From positions 1 to 42,943 of IMG/VR virus record IMGVR_UViG_3300037524_001199: a stretch of DNA of 42,943 bases; one strand, 5' to 3'. Of this stretch, positions 14,484 to 24,746 are shown piece after piece. Position numbers and translations under genes: made by a program. The notes beneath the pieces were generated by a model. That model was not told the origin of the DNA. It saw nothing but the letters and a program-made list of their open reading frames with translations, and did not search any database. The stretch is from a virus. Lineage: Duplodnaviria > Caudoviricetes. The number at the start of each line of letters is the position of its first letter. Within the stretch, counting starts at the first letter, position 1.

Positions 14484-17275
14484 TGGCTAACACGCAATCG
14501 GTTATTGAGATTGTCTTCAACGGTATCGACAATGCCAGTCAAACGGCGCGGGATATTGCCGATGCATTTGGCGAATTTGATAGCCAGGTTCAGGGTATTG
14601 CTGCGCCATTTGCTGATCTAGCCGACAAATTATTAGCCACCGAGGCGGCAGCATTAACAGCAGGCGCGGCGCTCGTCGGAGCGGCGATCAATGCGGCGGA
14701 CGCCTTTGATGTCAGTTTCAGGGAAATTGCCACCTTGATTGAATTGCCGATCGAGGAACTGGAGGGATTCAGGAATAAATTACTGGAGTATGCCTCCACC
14801 AGTACGCAGTCTTTAGATCAAATCACGCAGGCCACTTATAACGCTATTTCTCAAGGCGTGGCCTATACCGATTCACTGGAAGCAGTCGCGGTCGCTGAAC
14901 GGCTGGCGGTCGCCGGCAAGGCCGATTTAAATCTGACTTTGCAGGGATTGCTGGGCACGCTCAATGCCTACGGCCAAGGCATGGATTCCGCCAGCGAATT
15001 TTCGGATATCTTTTTCACTACGGTCAAACTAGGCAAGACCACCATCCCGGAATTAGCCGGCAGTATTGCCAACGTGACCGGTATTGCCGCCAACAGCGGC
15101 GTCAGCTTCAAAGAATTAGGCGCGGCGATTGCCACGCTGACAGTTTCCGGGCAGGGGACTTCAGAATCCATTACCGCCATCAAGGCAGCGATCAGCGCCA
15201 TTCTGGCGCCCAGTGAGCAGGCCAAGGATTTAGCGCAAGAGCTGGGCATTCAATTTAACCAGGCCGGAATTAAATCACTGGGGTTTTCCGGCGTCTTGGC
15301 GCAAGTGGCGGAAAAGACCGGACTGTCCGCCGATCAACTCAAAACCCTGTTTGGCAGCACAGAGGCGGTGAATGGCGTTTTGGTGCTGGCCGGTACGGGC
15401 GCAGAAAAATTCAAAAGCAATCTGGAGGCGATGGGTAAAGCGGCTGGCGCGACCGATGCGGCATTTGCCAAAATGAAGGACGCTACCGATACCCTGGCGC
15501 AAGCCTTTCAAGTGGCGCTGGTCGGTTTCGGCACGCCCTTATTAGACAGTTTCAGCGGCGTCAAGGATGCGCTGGCATCGCTGGCGCAAGGCTTTATCAA
15601 GGCGGCGACGGAAGGCGAGCAGGGCTTTAAACCTTTCCAGGATTTTATCAATGCCGCATTGGAGGGTATTGCTGCCACGATTGAGAAGGCCGCGGAGAAT
15701 TTGCCGGCGGCGCTGGATAATGTGGACTGGTCCGGGTTATTGGAATCTTTGGGCGAACTCGGAAAAGAAGTCGGGAATTTATTTGATGCCCTGTTTGGCG
15801 ATATTGACATCACCACCACGGAAGGATTAACGAAAGCGATTCAGACAGTCCTGAATTCCTTCGAAACGCTGACGGTCATGGTGACCGGTATCATCAGCGA
15901 ATTTAAACCCTTCGCAGCGGCCATTGGTGGCGTCATTCAGAATTTCAACGATCTGGATAAAGCCTCGAAACTGGAATTTGGTCAAGCGCTGGGCGCAATG
16001 AAACTGCTGGTGGATGTCGGGACTGGCGTCGGACTGGCGCTGATTGCCATTGGCCGGGCCGGGCTGGATATGGGCGCGGCGCTAGACGTGGTTTTTGGTG
16101 CGGCCAAAGTGGGGATTAACGCCCTGCAAGTCGCGTTTGATACCGCCAGCCTGTTTATTGTCGAGTTTGCCCAAAATATTGTCACCGCTTTATTGAAGAC
16201 CGCTGAGACTTTGGGCGCGGATGAAATTGCCGGGCAGTTGCGCCAGGCGCAGGGCGAACTGGAAACCTATTCCAATGCGGTCAATGAAAATCTGCTCAGG
16301 AACGCTCAGGAACTCAAGGACGGTTATAACCAGGCCACCGGGGAAGCGGCTAGCAAAACCGATGCCATGCGTCAGCGCCTGGATGAATCCAGCGACGCGC
16401 TGAAGAATCTCGGGAAAGCCGGTAAAGAAGGCGCGAGCGGAATTCAGGAAACCACGGACGCCGCCGCCGAGCTGGGCCGGTTGAAAATTGAACCGCTCGA
16501 AGTCTTTGAAGCCCTGCCCGATGCGGCAGATAAAGCCGGCCAAGCATTCAGGCAAACCGGAAAAGACCTGACGGACTTCGTGCAAAAGACGGTCACGGTC
16601 CGCGATGCGAATGGCGAAATCGTCCGCACCTTTGAAGATCAAGCGATTGCCGGCGAGAAATTATCCGGCACGTTTTCGGTGGTAGGCAAGGGCGCAACCG
16701 ATGCCGCCGACAAAACGCAAAAAGCCAAGGACACCCTCGACGCCCTCACTCAATCCGGCAAGCTGTCCGTCGATCAGTTGTTGGAGCTGACGAAAATCAG
16801 CAACGATTTCAAGGTGGCGATGGAAGAGATTGCTTCCAACGAGCGCATCAAGAATATCGAGTTCGCGGTGAGCCTGAAAACCGCGCAACTGGAAACGGAT
16901 ATGGAGCGGGTGAAAGCGGCGTTTGCCAGTATTGACAGCACCATTACCAGCACCGGGGATTTACTGGGCAGTCTGTTCGGGAATTTGACCAGCACTGATG
17001 ATCGATTCAAGGAGATGGCGATTCAGGAGCAAATTGATTTGGAAAATAAGCGCCGTCAGGAGGCGCTGGACATTCAAAAGCAACTGGCCGAGGCCGAGAT
17101 CGAACGGATTAAAGCGCAGACCGCCGCCCTGAATCGCGGCGATGCGCTGATCACGATTGAAGGCGATGGATTGGAACCGGAACTGGAGGCGTTTATGTGG
17201 AAAATCCTCGGCAAGATTCGCACTCGCGCCAATGCAGAATTTGCGGATTATCTGTTGGGGTTGGGGGTCGCATGA
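14483..17275 (+). CDS. Tail tape measure protein (TP901-type core)
   Basis: Long Ala/Leu helical protein; GKTTIPELA, LFGSTEA motifs. Confidence 0.92.
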   Translation: MANTQSVIEIVFNGIDNASQTARDIADAFGEFDSQVQGIAAPFADLADKLLATEAAALTAGAALVGAAINAADAFDVSFREIATLIELPIEELEGFRNKLLEYASTSTQSLDQITQATYNAISQGVAYTDSLEAVAVAERLAVAGKADLNLTLQGLLGTLNAYGQGMDSASEFSDIFFTTVKLGKTTIPELAGSIANVTGIAANSGVSFKELGAAIATLTVSGQGTSESITAIKAAISAILAPSEQAKDLAQELGIQFNQAGIKSLGFSGVLAQVAEKTGLSADQLKTLFGSTEAVNGVLVLAGTGAEKFKSNLEAMGKAAGATDAAFAKMKDATDTLAQAFQVALVGFGTPLLDSFSGVKDALASLAQGFIKAATEGEQGFKPFQDFINAALEGIAATIEKAAENLPAALDNVDWSGLLESLGELGKEVGNLFDALFGDIDITTTEGLTKAIQTVLNSFETLTVMVTGIISEFKPFAAAIGGVIQNFNDLDKASKLEFGQALGAMKLLVDVGTGVGLALIAIGRAGLDMGAALDVVFGAAKVGINALQVAFDTASLFIVEFAQNIVTALLKTAETLGADEIAGQLRQAQGELETYSNAVNENLLRNAQELKDGYNQATGEAASKTDAMRQRLDESSDALKNLGKAGKEGASGIQETTDAAAELGRLKIEPLEVFEALPDAADKAGQAFRQTGKDLTDFVQKTVTVRDANGEIVRTFEDQAIAGEKLSGTFSVVGKGATDAADKTQKAKDTLDALTQSGKLSVDQLLELTKISNDFKVAMEEIASNERIKNIEFAVSLKTAQLETDMERVKAAFASIDSTITSTGDLLGSLFGNLTSTDDRFKEMAIQEQIDLENKRRQEALDIQKQLAEAEIERIKAQTAALNRGDALITIEGDGLEPELEAFMWKILGKIRTRANAEFADYLLGLGVA

Positions 17276-17619
17276 TCGGATTATCGACGGCGACCTATGA
17301 CCCGAACGGCGCTTTACGATTGACCGCGCGCGTGCAGGATGACCGGCAAGCGGATCGGCGCGGCACGGTCACTGCTACCCTGGATGGCGGATGCAGCGTC
17401 TACGATGGCGGCTATAGCGTGACCGATCAAGCCTGGAATACGACGCTGCGTCATCCCGCGCTGGCCCTGCTCAATCGGTTGCAGTACCTGGTGGCGTATT
17501 ACGCGGAATTGACGCTGTGCTGTGAGACCGGCGTCTTTGCCGCGCGCGTCTCTTATGCGGTGCGCAATGACCTTTTGACAATCACGCTGCGGCCCACGCG
17601 CCGTTTGGATGGTGGCTAA
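17272..17619 (+). CDS. Minor tail (distal-tail-like) protein
   Basis: ATGA coupling after tape measure; RRGTVTATLDGGCSVYDGG. Confidence 0.7.
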   Translation: MIGLSTATYDPNGALRLTARVQDDRQADRRGTVTATLDGGCSVYDGGYSVTDQAWNTTLRHPALALLNRLQYLVAYYAELTLCCETGVFAARVSYAVRNDLLTITLRPTRRLDGG

Positions 17620-18071
17620 TGGCCTCTTCGATTACCTGGTATGACCACAGTTGGAAATTGATCGCCACCGGCCTGGTCGACCTGGATACGGATACCCTCA
17701 AGCTAGCGCTGGTGACCTCCAGCTATACCCCGGCGACCAGCCACACGGTTTGGGACCCCGGTACGAATAACGCCGCCGATCCTTCACACAATGAAGTCGC
17801 GACCGGGAACGGGTACACCACGGGCGGCGAAACCATCGCCACGCCGGTCGCGACGAACTCAAACATCGACTATGACGATGTAGTGTGGACTTCCCTCACC
17901 AAGACCTTTCGCTATGCCGTGTGCTACATGGATGGCTCGGCGGGCGCGCTGACGGACCCGCTGCTGTTCTACATCCTGCTCGACACCACCCCTGCCGATA
18001 TTGTCAGCAACGGATCGAATTACACGATCCAATGGAACGCCACCGACAAGCTGTTCTATAAACCGGCCTGA
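17619..18071 (+). CDS. Virion structural/tail protein
   Basis: DLDTDTLKLALVTSSYTP…EV…GYTTGG, a recurrent phage tail family pattern. Confidence 0.75.
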   Translation: MASSITWYDHSWKLIATGLVDLDTDTLKLALVTSSYTPATSHTVWDPGTNNAADPSHNEVATGNGYTTGGETIATPVATNSNIDYDDVVWTSLTKTFRYAVCYMDGSAGALTDPLLFYILLDTTPADIVSNGSNYTIQWNATDKLFYKPA

Positions 18072-18076
18072 CCCTC

Positions 18077-20212
18077 ATGATCGTCTGGATGTCGGTCACC
18101 GCGCAGAACCTTCCCGGCGAGGGTTCGGGGCTGTACGCCACCCATAACCGCTTTTGCCTGTTCGGGCTGGACTCTGCGGCGAATACCATTCGGGGGATTC
18201 GTTGCTCGACACGAATGCCGGCGACCTATTGGGCGACGACGGGCAGTGGGTATCCCGCAGAGAAAGAGGCGGCGTTGCATGGCGTAGGCTTTGACTGGCG
18301 TTTCTATGACGGCGTACGCAGCGATGGCGAGCAAAATCTGGTTTGGACGGGGTACGAAGCTATCGAAAATAATGAAAACCCGCTGAGGACTTTTTACGCC
18401 GCTACTGATGGCCGTATTTATTGCGCCATGAATCGCGTCAATATGTCCAGAACTTCAGTCCCTAAAGAGGGAGTGACTCAAGCGCAATTACAGCCGGCCT
18501 TTGATGCCTACCGTGTTAATCCCAGCACCGAAAATTACAACGCCCTATTTGCACTTCTGGAAAATGACTATCGCAATTTTTATACGGAATTCTTCCGCGT
18601 TTATCGGGAGAGCGGCGATCAAGTGGCCTTTCCGGCGGTTCATGATCGGCCCATCAGCGCGGTCTACGCCGATGATACCGCCCTCTATATTGCCGGCGAT
18701 CCGAACGACGCTGATATTTTTCTCAAAAAACTGGATTTGGACGGAACGCTGATTTGGGAAGCAGAATACGATTCGCTCGCCGCGCCGCCGTACTATGTGC
18801 CGCCGGGGCTTTATGGAGTCCCCGCTTATTACAATGATACCGAATGGCAGTTTTATCTGCATGTATCTTCCTCCGATGACGTATATGTGACCGGAAGGAT
18901 GCAGATCAATGCGTATTACTCTGGTTATGGGCTTCAATATTCCTATACGCTGTTTTTCCGCAAATACAATAGTAGTGGCGTGTTGCAATGGGAACGGCGC
19001 TTAACGATGACGGCAAAAGGAGCCACGATTGACCAGACTCCGGCAACGGTTACGAATATCGTCAGCGACGGGACATATTATTACCTGGCGCACGGCCATT
19101 GCTATCAATACACCGACGAAGCGGATGATGACTTCTGGATTGATTCGGTCAATGAAAACCCGGCCAGTGTCACAGTTTGGGATGAAGACGGGGATTTAGC
19201 AGGTTTTATCACGACCCCTTACACCATTGGCTCTTTTGGCATCATTAACGCCGGACACCATCCCATCAGCCGACTGGCGTTGCGGGATGGCATGCTGTTT
19301 TTGTCGATGCCTTATTACTCTTCGGGCGATCCTGTGGCGTACATCTACGATACCGCGACGCTCTCGTCACAAACCCTGAATCTGACAGAGGATCAGTATA
19401 TCCAAGGACGACCGTTTGCATTCGACAGCGCGGGCTATCAGTATTTTGCCGCAGTTGTCAGCGGCAGTTGGTATGCCTTCGATGATGCGGGCGTTCAAAT
19501 CTGGACGGACCCTTTAAGCCTCCCTACCTCCCTTTATACCTATGACCTCCAGATCGTGGAGAACCCGGAGCTACCGGCGCTAGCCTTGCCGCTGAACCTG
19601 GGGCGCCCGGACTGGCAAGGCGACCGCTATACCTCCGTCGCCGGGTTAGCGCTGGGACTATCCCTGGCGATTCCGCGCCTGATTCGGGATTATGTCGGGG
19701 CGTTGCGGCCCGCGATCCATCGGTTGGTGCTGTATGGCTCCCCGCCGCTGGAGTTGCCGGTCATTTCGGCGTCGATCCGCCGCAATGCGCTGGAGCGCTC
19801 GCTGAGCGTGGTCATCGCCCCGCCGTCATTGACGATGCTGGACGCCATCGAAGTGCGCGACGGTAATGACCTGATTTTTTATCGGGGCGTGCGCTTTGCG
19901 GATGATGCCGAGCAGCTCGACATCCTGGCTTTGGCGCCGCTGACCGGCATCCGGGTAGATCGGGGCGGGCGCAGTTTGCGCTTGTCACTGGAGGGGAAGG
20001 CGAGCGAGGCAACGGCGGAAGGCGCGTCGCGCACGATTCAGGGCATCAGCTATCGGTCTCTGAGCGAGGGTCGGCGGCGGGTGCGCTGTGCCGTGGATAC
20101 CTATTTGCGGCCCGGCGATGTGGCGAACCTGGGCGGCGGGGAGTCACTGGTCGTGGCGGAGATCGTGATTTCGCTGACCGTGAACAGCGCTACCATGGAG
20201 ATCGCGGAATGA
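18077..20212 (+). CDS. Tail tip protein: divergent beta-propeller plus conserved C-terminal domain
   Basis: KLDLDGTLIWE and RKYNSSGVLQWE blades; PALALPL linker; RRRVRCAVDTYLRPGD. Confidence 0.7.
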   Translation: MIVWMSVTAQNLPGEGSGLYATHNRFCLFGLDSAANTIRGIRCSTRMPATYWATTGSGYPAEKEAALHGVGFDWRFYDGVRSDGEQNLVWTGYEAIENNENPLRTFYAATDGRIYCAMNRVNMSRTSVPKEGVTQAQLQPAFDAYRVNPSTENYNALFALLENDYRNFYTEFFRVYRESGDQVAFPAVHDRPISAVYADDTALYIAGDPNDADIFLKKLDLDGTLIWEAEYDSLAAPPYYVPPGLYGVPAYYNDTEWQFYLHVSSSDDVYVTGRMQINAYYSGYGLQYSYTLFFRKYNSSGVLQWERRLTMTAKGATIDQTPATVTNIVSDGTYYYLAHGHCYQYTDEADDDFWIDSVNENPASVTVWDEDGDLAGFITTPYTIGSFGIINAGHHPISRLALRDGMLFLSMPYYSSGDPVAYIYDTATLSSQTLNLTEDQYIQGRPFAFDSAGYQYFAAVVSGSWYAFDDAGVQIWTDPLSLPTSLYTYDLQIVENPELPALALPLNLGRPDWQGDRYTSVAGLALGLSLAIPRLIRDYVGALRPAIHRLVLYGSPPLELPVISASIRRNALERSLSVVIAPPSLTMLDAIEVRDGNDLIFYRGVRFADDAEQLDILALAPLTGIRVDRGGRSLRLSLEGKASEATAEGASRTIQGISYRSLSEGRRRVRCAVDTYLRPGDVANLGGGESLVVAEIVISLTVNSATMEIAE

Positions 20213-21780
20213 TCGCCGTCGGCGGACAACGAGGCAGCAACATCACGACGCGCACCTGTGATGATGACGGGAATGCCGATTGGACAGCGGATCATGGGGC
20301 GAATGTTTTTGCCATTGCGATAGATGCAGACGGCAATGTTTACACGGGCGGCGCGCGCACCAGCGATTTAACCACGCGCAAATACAATAGCGCGGGCAGT
20401 CTGGTCTGGTCGGTGGATCATGGAGCAAGCGTCACCGGCATTGCTGTCGATGCGTCCGGCAATGTCTATACGGGCGGACTCAGCGCGGGGTCTTCGCCCA
20501 ATATTTTTACCACGCGCAAATACAATAGCGCCGGATCATTGCAGTGGTCTGTTAATCATGGGGCGAATGTCTATGCCATTGCTGTCGATGCGTCCGGCAA
20601 TGTCTATACGGGGGGATCAAGAACTGGCGTTACAACCACAGACAGGACCACGCGCAAATACGACAGCTCCGGGAATCTGGTCTGGTCGGCAGATCATGGA
20701 AATTTTGGAATTATTCAAGCCATTGCTGTCGATGCGTCCGGCAATGTCTATACGGGCGGTGATGTCCGGTCTTCGGTGACCACGCGCAAATACGACAGCT
20801 CCGGGAATCTGGTCTGGTCCGTCAATCATGGAACTAATATTTACGGCATTGCTGTCGATTCCTCCGGCAATGTTTATACCGCCGGAGCACGCACCAGCAA
20901 CCTCACCACGCGCAAATATAATAGTTCGGGTTCGCTGCAATGGTCAGTAGATCATGGTGATTCAGCGACCGGCATTGCCGTCGATTTCTCCGGCAATGTT
21001 TATACGACCGGCGTCCAATCCAGTAGTATCACAACTCGTAAATACAATAGTTCAGGGAACGCCGTCTGGACCAAAGACCACGGAGAAATGCGAGCGCTGG
21101 CCTGGCGGGCGGTGGCGTTTTCTACAGCGGTTCCGGCCTTGGCCTTGCCGCTGGCGTTGGGGACGCCCTTTCAGACCTTTTTTCATCCCATTCCCGCCCT
21201 GGCCTTGCCGCTGGCCTTGGCGGCGCCCTCCAGTCTCACGCCGGACCCGCCGGACCTGCAACATCTAGCGGTCACGGAAACGGCCATTTATACCGGCGTC
21301 GTCACCGGCTCTGGCGCCATGCTGTTCCTGCCCTTGGCGGCGATTGAATGCCGGCGGGAACTGGGGCAATCGACCTGGATCACCGTGCGAACGACCTATA
21401 CCTCGGCGCTCTATGCGGCACTGCCCGCCCGCGTCGGGGCGGAACTGATCGTCTTTGCCGGGATTCTCGGCGGGACCAGCTCAGGGATTTTCCTACGCGC
21501 CGTGTTGACCGACGTGGCGTATACCTACTCACCGCAAGGCGGCGAGCTGCGGTTGACTGGACGAGTCCAGACCCCCTCATATAGCGCCACGACGCGCGCC
21601 TTGACCGGCGTTCAATCTCTGCAAACGGTCGATGGAAGGCGGACGGTGCGCTGTGCTGTTGATCCGCTGTTGCGCCCGAACGATACCGCGACCTGGGACG
21701 GCGACAGTTGGACGGTCGGGATTATCCAGTACGAAATCACCCCCTATAGCGCCTGGATGCGCGTCACGGAAGCGGATTGA
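20209..21780 (+). CDS. Tail tip protein: seven-bladed SBBP-like beta-propeller plus the same C-terminal domain
   Basis: Six full IAVDASGNVYTGG…TTRKYNSSG..W..HG repeats plus one split blade; PALALPL x2; RRTVRCAVDPLLRPND. Confidence 0.8.
   Translation: MIAVGGQRGSNITTRTCDDDGNADWTADHGANVFAIAIDADGNVYTGGARTSDLTTRKYNSAGSLVWSVDHGASVTGIAVDASGNVYTGGLSAGSSPNIFTTRKYNSAGSLQWSVNHGANVYAIAVDASGNVYTGGSRTGVTTTDRTTRKYDSSGNLVWSADHGNFGIIQAIAVDASGNVYTGGDVRSSVTTRKYDSSGNLVWSVNHGTNIYGIAVDSSGNVYTAGARTSNLTTRKYNSSGSLQWSVDHGDSATGIAVDFSGNVYTTGVQSSSITTRKYNSSGNAVWTKDHGEMRALAWRAVAFSTAVPALALPLALGTPFQTFFHPIPALALPLALAAPSSLTPDPPDLQHLAVTETAIYTGVVTGSGAMLFLPLAAIECRRELGQSTWITVRTTYTSALYAALPARVGAELIVFAGILGGTSSGIFLRAVLTDVAYTYSPQGGELRLTGRVQTPSYSATTRALTGVQSLQTVDGRRTVRCAVDPLLRPNDTATWDGDSWTVGIIQYEITPYSAWMRVTEAD
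20230..21090 (+). repeat. Coding tandem repeats of about 42-45 codons
   Basis: ATTGCTGTCGATGCGTCCGGCAATGTCTATACGGG and ACCACGCGCAAATAC recur nearly identically. Confidence 0.9.
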
Positions 21781-23342
21781 TGGGACAGATCAGGATCATC
21801 GAAGACTTGGGCGAGGGGCTGTTCCAGGGCAAGCTGGAATATAACCGCGCGCCGCTGGATGCCGAGGTCACCCGGTTAGAGGAAGAGCAGACGCAATACT
21901 GGACCAAGGTGCTGGAGGCGTTGCAGACCCTGGAGCGTTTGCAGCAAGCGAAAGCCGACGCCCGCGAAGGGATGGATGCGGTCATTCAGCAATGGCTCGA
22001 CGGGCTGATCAGCAAACTCAATGAAACCGCGCCCGAGATTCCGCCGCCGGAACCGAACGACCCCGAGACCGGCGAACCGTGGGAAGACCCGGATCGGGCG
22101 CAGGATGGCCCGCTGTTCACGGCGATCAATGCCGCCCGGTCAGCGGCGGGGAAAGCGACGCTCTCGCGGGAAGAAAAGCTGGATACCGCGATCCTGCGTC
22201 ATCTGCAATCCTTGGCGGCGACCGGCAGCACGCAGCCCAATGGCGCTCTAGGCTTTACCCCCGCCAATCGCGTCGCCGCCGCTGGTTACCTGTATGACGC
22301 GACCGTGGGGGTCGGACTGTTGCAAGCCTTCGGCACGCGGACCGTCGACGCCACTCTGTCCAAGTGGACAAGGAGCGACTCGGCGACGCTGCTGAGCGAG
22401 GACTACACCGAGATCGGCGTGGCGTATGTCTACCGCGCAGGCAATCCCTACACCCATTTGTGGGGCGCACTTTTGGCGACGCCGGGACCGCCGCCTACCA
22501 CAGAATCGCCGGATGACAACCCCGCTGAGGATGCCGGCGAGGAAACCGCTGCGGAACTAGAACGGATTGAAGCGCCGAGGCTGGAGGATGTCAGCCCGCA
22601 AAACCTAGCGAAAGTGGCGGGGGAATTCGCCAAGGCCGCGCGCATGGTGGTGGCCGCCGAGCAAGAGATCGTGCGGTTGCGGATTGAAGATTTGGAACGG
22701 GAGCGGCGCATCAGTCTATTGAAGACCCTGCAAACCCAACTGGATACCGTCTTGACGGTTTGGGCTTGCCAGTGGGATGCGTGGCTGGTGCCGGGCGATG
22801 TAGCACAGACGGCGGAAGTGCCCGGTTGGTGGCTGGAAGAGGGACAGGCGGCGACGACCACGATGGGACTGCGCAACGATCCGGGCGGGCTGGTCAATGA
22901 TTATGAGGTTCCCTACACCGAATATCGCATCAATATCGTGCCGCCGATGGTGGCGCCCAGCCGGTTGCGATACGCCGAAAGCATGAGCGATGCCGCGATT
23001 TTCATCAACGCCGCCCTGGAACCAGGCCATTTGAAATGGAAACCGCTGTGGCGGTATGGAACGATCACCGCACTGGATGGGGACGTCGCCAGTGTATCGC
23101 TGACGCCCATCCCTGCCCGCATTTTTCAAGGTGAGACGGCAATGGCGCTGGATACCGAGGCGCAGGAAACCCTGACCAGCGTGCCCATTGAATACCCGCC
23201 CTGTAATGGGCAGCGCTTTGAGGTCGGGCATGAGGTACTGATCTTTTTCGGCTTTGATCGCGCGACACCGAAAATTATCGGGTTTCGCCGGGAGCCATTA
23301 CCGTGTCCGAACGGCGGGCGCGTGAGCTGGCGCGGGGCTTGA
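21777..23342 (+). CDS. Tail-associated protein with coiled coils and an internal CAP/SCP-like domain
   Basis: LFTAINAARSAAG…L…AAGY…W…LLSEDYTEIGVAY…W; last gene of the tail operon. Confidence 0.65.
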   Translation: MMGQIRIIEDLGEGLFQGKLEYNRAPLDAEVTRLEEEQTQYWTKVLEALQTLERLQQAKADAREGMDAVIQQWLDGLISKLNETAPEIPPPEPNDPETGEPWEDPDRAQDGPLFTAINAARSAAGKATLSREEKLDTAILRHLQSLAATGSTQPNGALGFTPANRVAAAGYLYDATVGVGLLQAFGTRTVDATLSKWTRSDSATLLSEDYTEIGVAYVYRAGNPYTHLWGALLATPGPPPTTESPDDNPAEDAGEETAAELERIEAPRLEDVSPQNLAKVAGEFAKAARMVVAAEQEIVRLRIEDLERERRISLLKTLQTQLDTVLTVWACQWDAWLVPGDVAQTAEVPGWWLEEGQAATTTMGLRNDPGGLVNDYEVPYTEYRINIVPPMVAPSRLRYAESMSDAAIFINAALEPGHLKWKPLWRYGTITALDGDVASVSLTPIPARIFQGETAMALDTEAQETLTSVPIEYPPCNGQRFEVGHEVLIFFGFDRATPKIIGFRREPLPCPNGGRVSWRGA

Positions 23343-23580
23343 ATAGTGAATGCCTTGTGCGGAATCTGTGCGGAACGCCCGTCCGGTCAAGTGATTCACT
23401 GGCTTTTGTGGGCAGGTCAAGACGCGGGCCAGTGAGTTAAGTGATTGAAAAATCAGTGTCGGTGATAGCGTTGGGTTTCTCAGCGGAGTCCGTCAATTAA
23501 AAAAACCGCCTGTCCGGTCAACCGCTTGCCGCTGACTTTTCCGGGGTTGTGCCGTGATTTGTGCGGACGATATGCGGGCG
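23343..23580. other. attP-like region
   Basis: Arm-like repeats TGTGCGGAA at 23356 and 23367, TGTGCGGA at 23560 with variants near 23548 and 23571; IHF-like TAAGTGATTGAAA at 23438-23450; GTCCGGTCAA at 23381 and 23512; at the 3' end of int. Confidence 0.6.
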
Positions 23581-24558
23581 ACTGATCCGCTCAGCATGTT
23601 CCGCCAAGTGATCGGCGCTCAAATGCGCATAGCGGAGCACCATTTCCAGCGACGCCCATCCTCCCAGTTCCTTCAACACCGGCAACGGCGTACCCGCTTG
23701 TACATGCCAACTGGCCCAGGTGTGCCGGAGATCATGCCAGCGGAAGTTCTCAATGCCTGCCCGTTGCAGCGCTTTCCGCCAGGTGACGGTATTGGCGTTG
23801 CGTGCGGGCGTTCCGTGGATCGTCGGAAAGACCCAGCGGGGATTCTGACCCTGCTGGCCGCGAAGCACACAGACCGCCTCGGCATTCAGCGGAATGGTGA
23901 TGGGCTTGCCGGCTTTCGCCTGATCGCCATGAATCCAGCCGACGCGGCGTTCCAGATCGACCTGACGCCATTCCAGCCGACAGACATTCTGCTCCCTTAA
24001 TCCGGTCGCCAAGGTCAGGCGCATCATGGCGGCGTACCGGGTTGGCAACTCCTGCAACAATCGATCTGCTTCCTCCCGAGTCAGCCAGCGAATACGCCGC
24101 TCGGGGTCGGCGAGTCGCCGCATCGCCGGAACAGTAGTCAGCCAGCCCCATCTTACGGCGGCGTGCAGAATAGCGACGATGGACGCCATTTGGGTGTTGA
24201 TCGTGCTGTTCTTCACGCCACTGGCCCGGCGCTGGCGAATGATCAGCGCCAGATCATCGCGGGTGATGGCGTCCAGTATCCGAGCGCCGAGTACCGGGTC
24301 GGCCTGGCGCAGCGCGTTCAGCACGTTGCGCAGGCTTTTCCGGTCGGGGTGTTCCTCAATCCAGCGCACCACCGCTTCTTGCCAAGTGTGCCGGGGTGAC
24401 TCTCCTAACTTGACCTGTCGCCAGCAGTCGGCTTTGCGCCGGTCGTGGAGTTCCTGGGCCTGGCGGCGGTCGGTAGTTTTAGTAGATTCTCGTATTTCAC
24501 GTCCGTCGGGCGCCGTGAACCGGATCCACCAGACGGAACCGCGTTTAAAGAGCGACAT
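23518..24558 (-). CDS. int: Tyrosine integrase
   Basis: TGLR, KAGK, HDLRHTWASW, LGGW, LRYAH catalytic motifs; N-terminal arm-binding domain. Confidence 0.95.
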   Translation of the reverse strand: MSLFKRGSVWWIRFTAPDGREIRESTKTTDRRQAQELHDRRKADCWRQVKLGESPRHTWQEAVVRWIEEHPDRKSLRNVLNALRQADPVLGARILDAITRDDLALIIRQRRASGVKNSTINTQMASIVAILHAAVRWGWLTTVPAMRRLADPERRIRWLTREEADRLLQELPTRYAAMMRLTLATGLREQNVCRLEWRQVDLERRVGWIHGDQAKAGKPITIPLNAEAVCVLRGQQGQNPRWVFPTIHGTPARNANTVTWRKALQRAGIENFRWHDLRHTWASWHVQAGTPLPVLKELGGWASLEMVLRYAHLSADHLAEHAERISRPHIVRTNHGTTPEKSAASG

Positions 24559-24746
24559 ACGGGTTTCTCCTTTTCGATAACCCGCGTCTTGACCTCTTTG
24601 AGCATAGCGGCTAGATCGTCGGGGTCAATACGAATGCAACGCCCGAGGCGAATGCTGGGCAACGCGCCGGTTTGAATGAGCCGCTGCACCGAGCGCAGGG
24701 ACAGAGACAGGCGTTCAGCGGCTTGGGGAAGGGTCAGCAGTGACAT
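24405..24746 (-). CDS. xis: Excisionase-like HTH protein (overlaps int by 154 nt)
   Basis: LLTLPQAAERLSLSLRSVQRLIQTGALPSIRLGRCIRI. Confidence 0.8.
   Translation of the reverse strand: MSLLTLPQAAERLSLSLRSVQRLIQTGALPSIRLGRCIRIDPDDLAAMLKEVKTRVIEKEKPVCRSLNAVPSGGSGSRRPTDVKYENLLKLPTAARPRNSTTGAKPTAGDRSS

Noticed and set aside
23400-23517. tRNA/tmRNA fragment at the att core
   Set aside because: No TTCGA T-loop or CCA-end pattern recognisable on either strand
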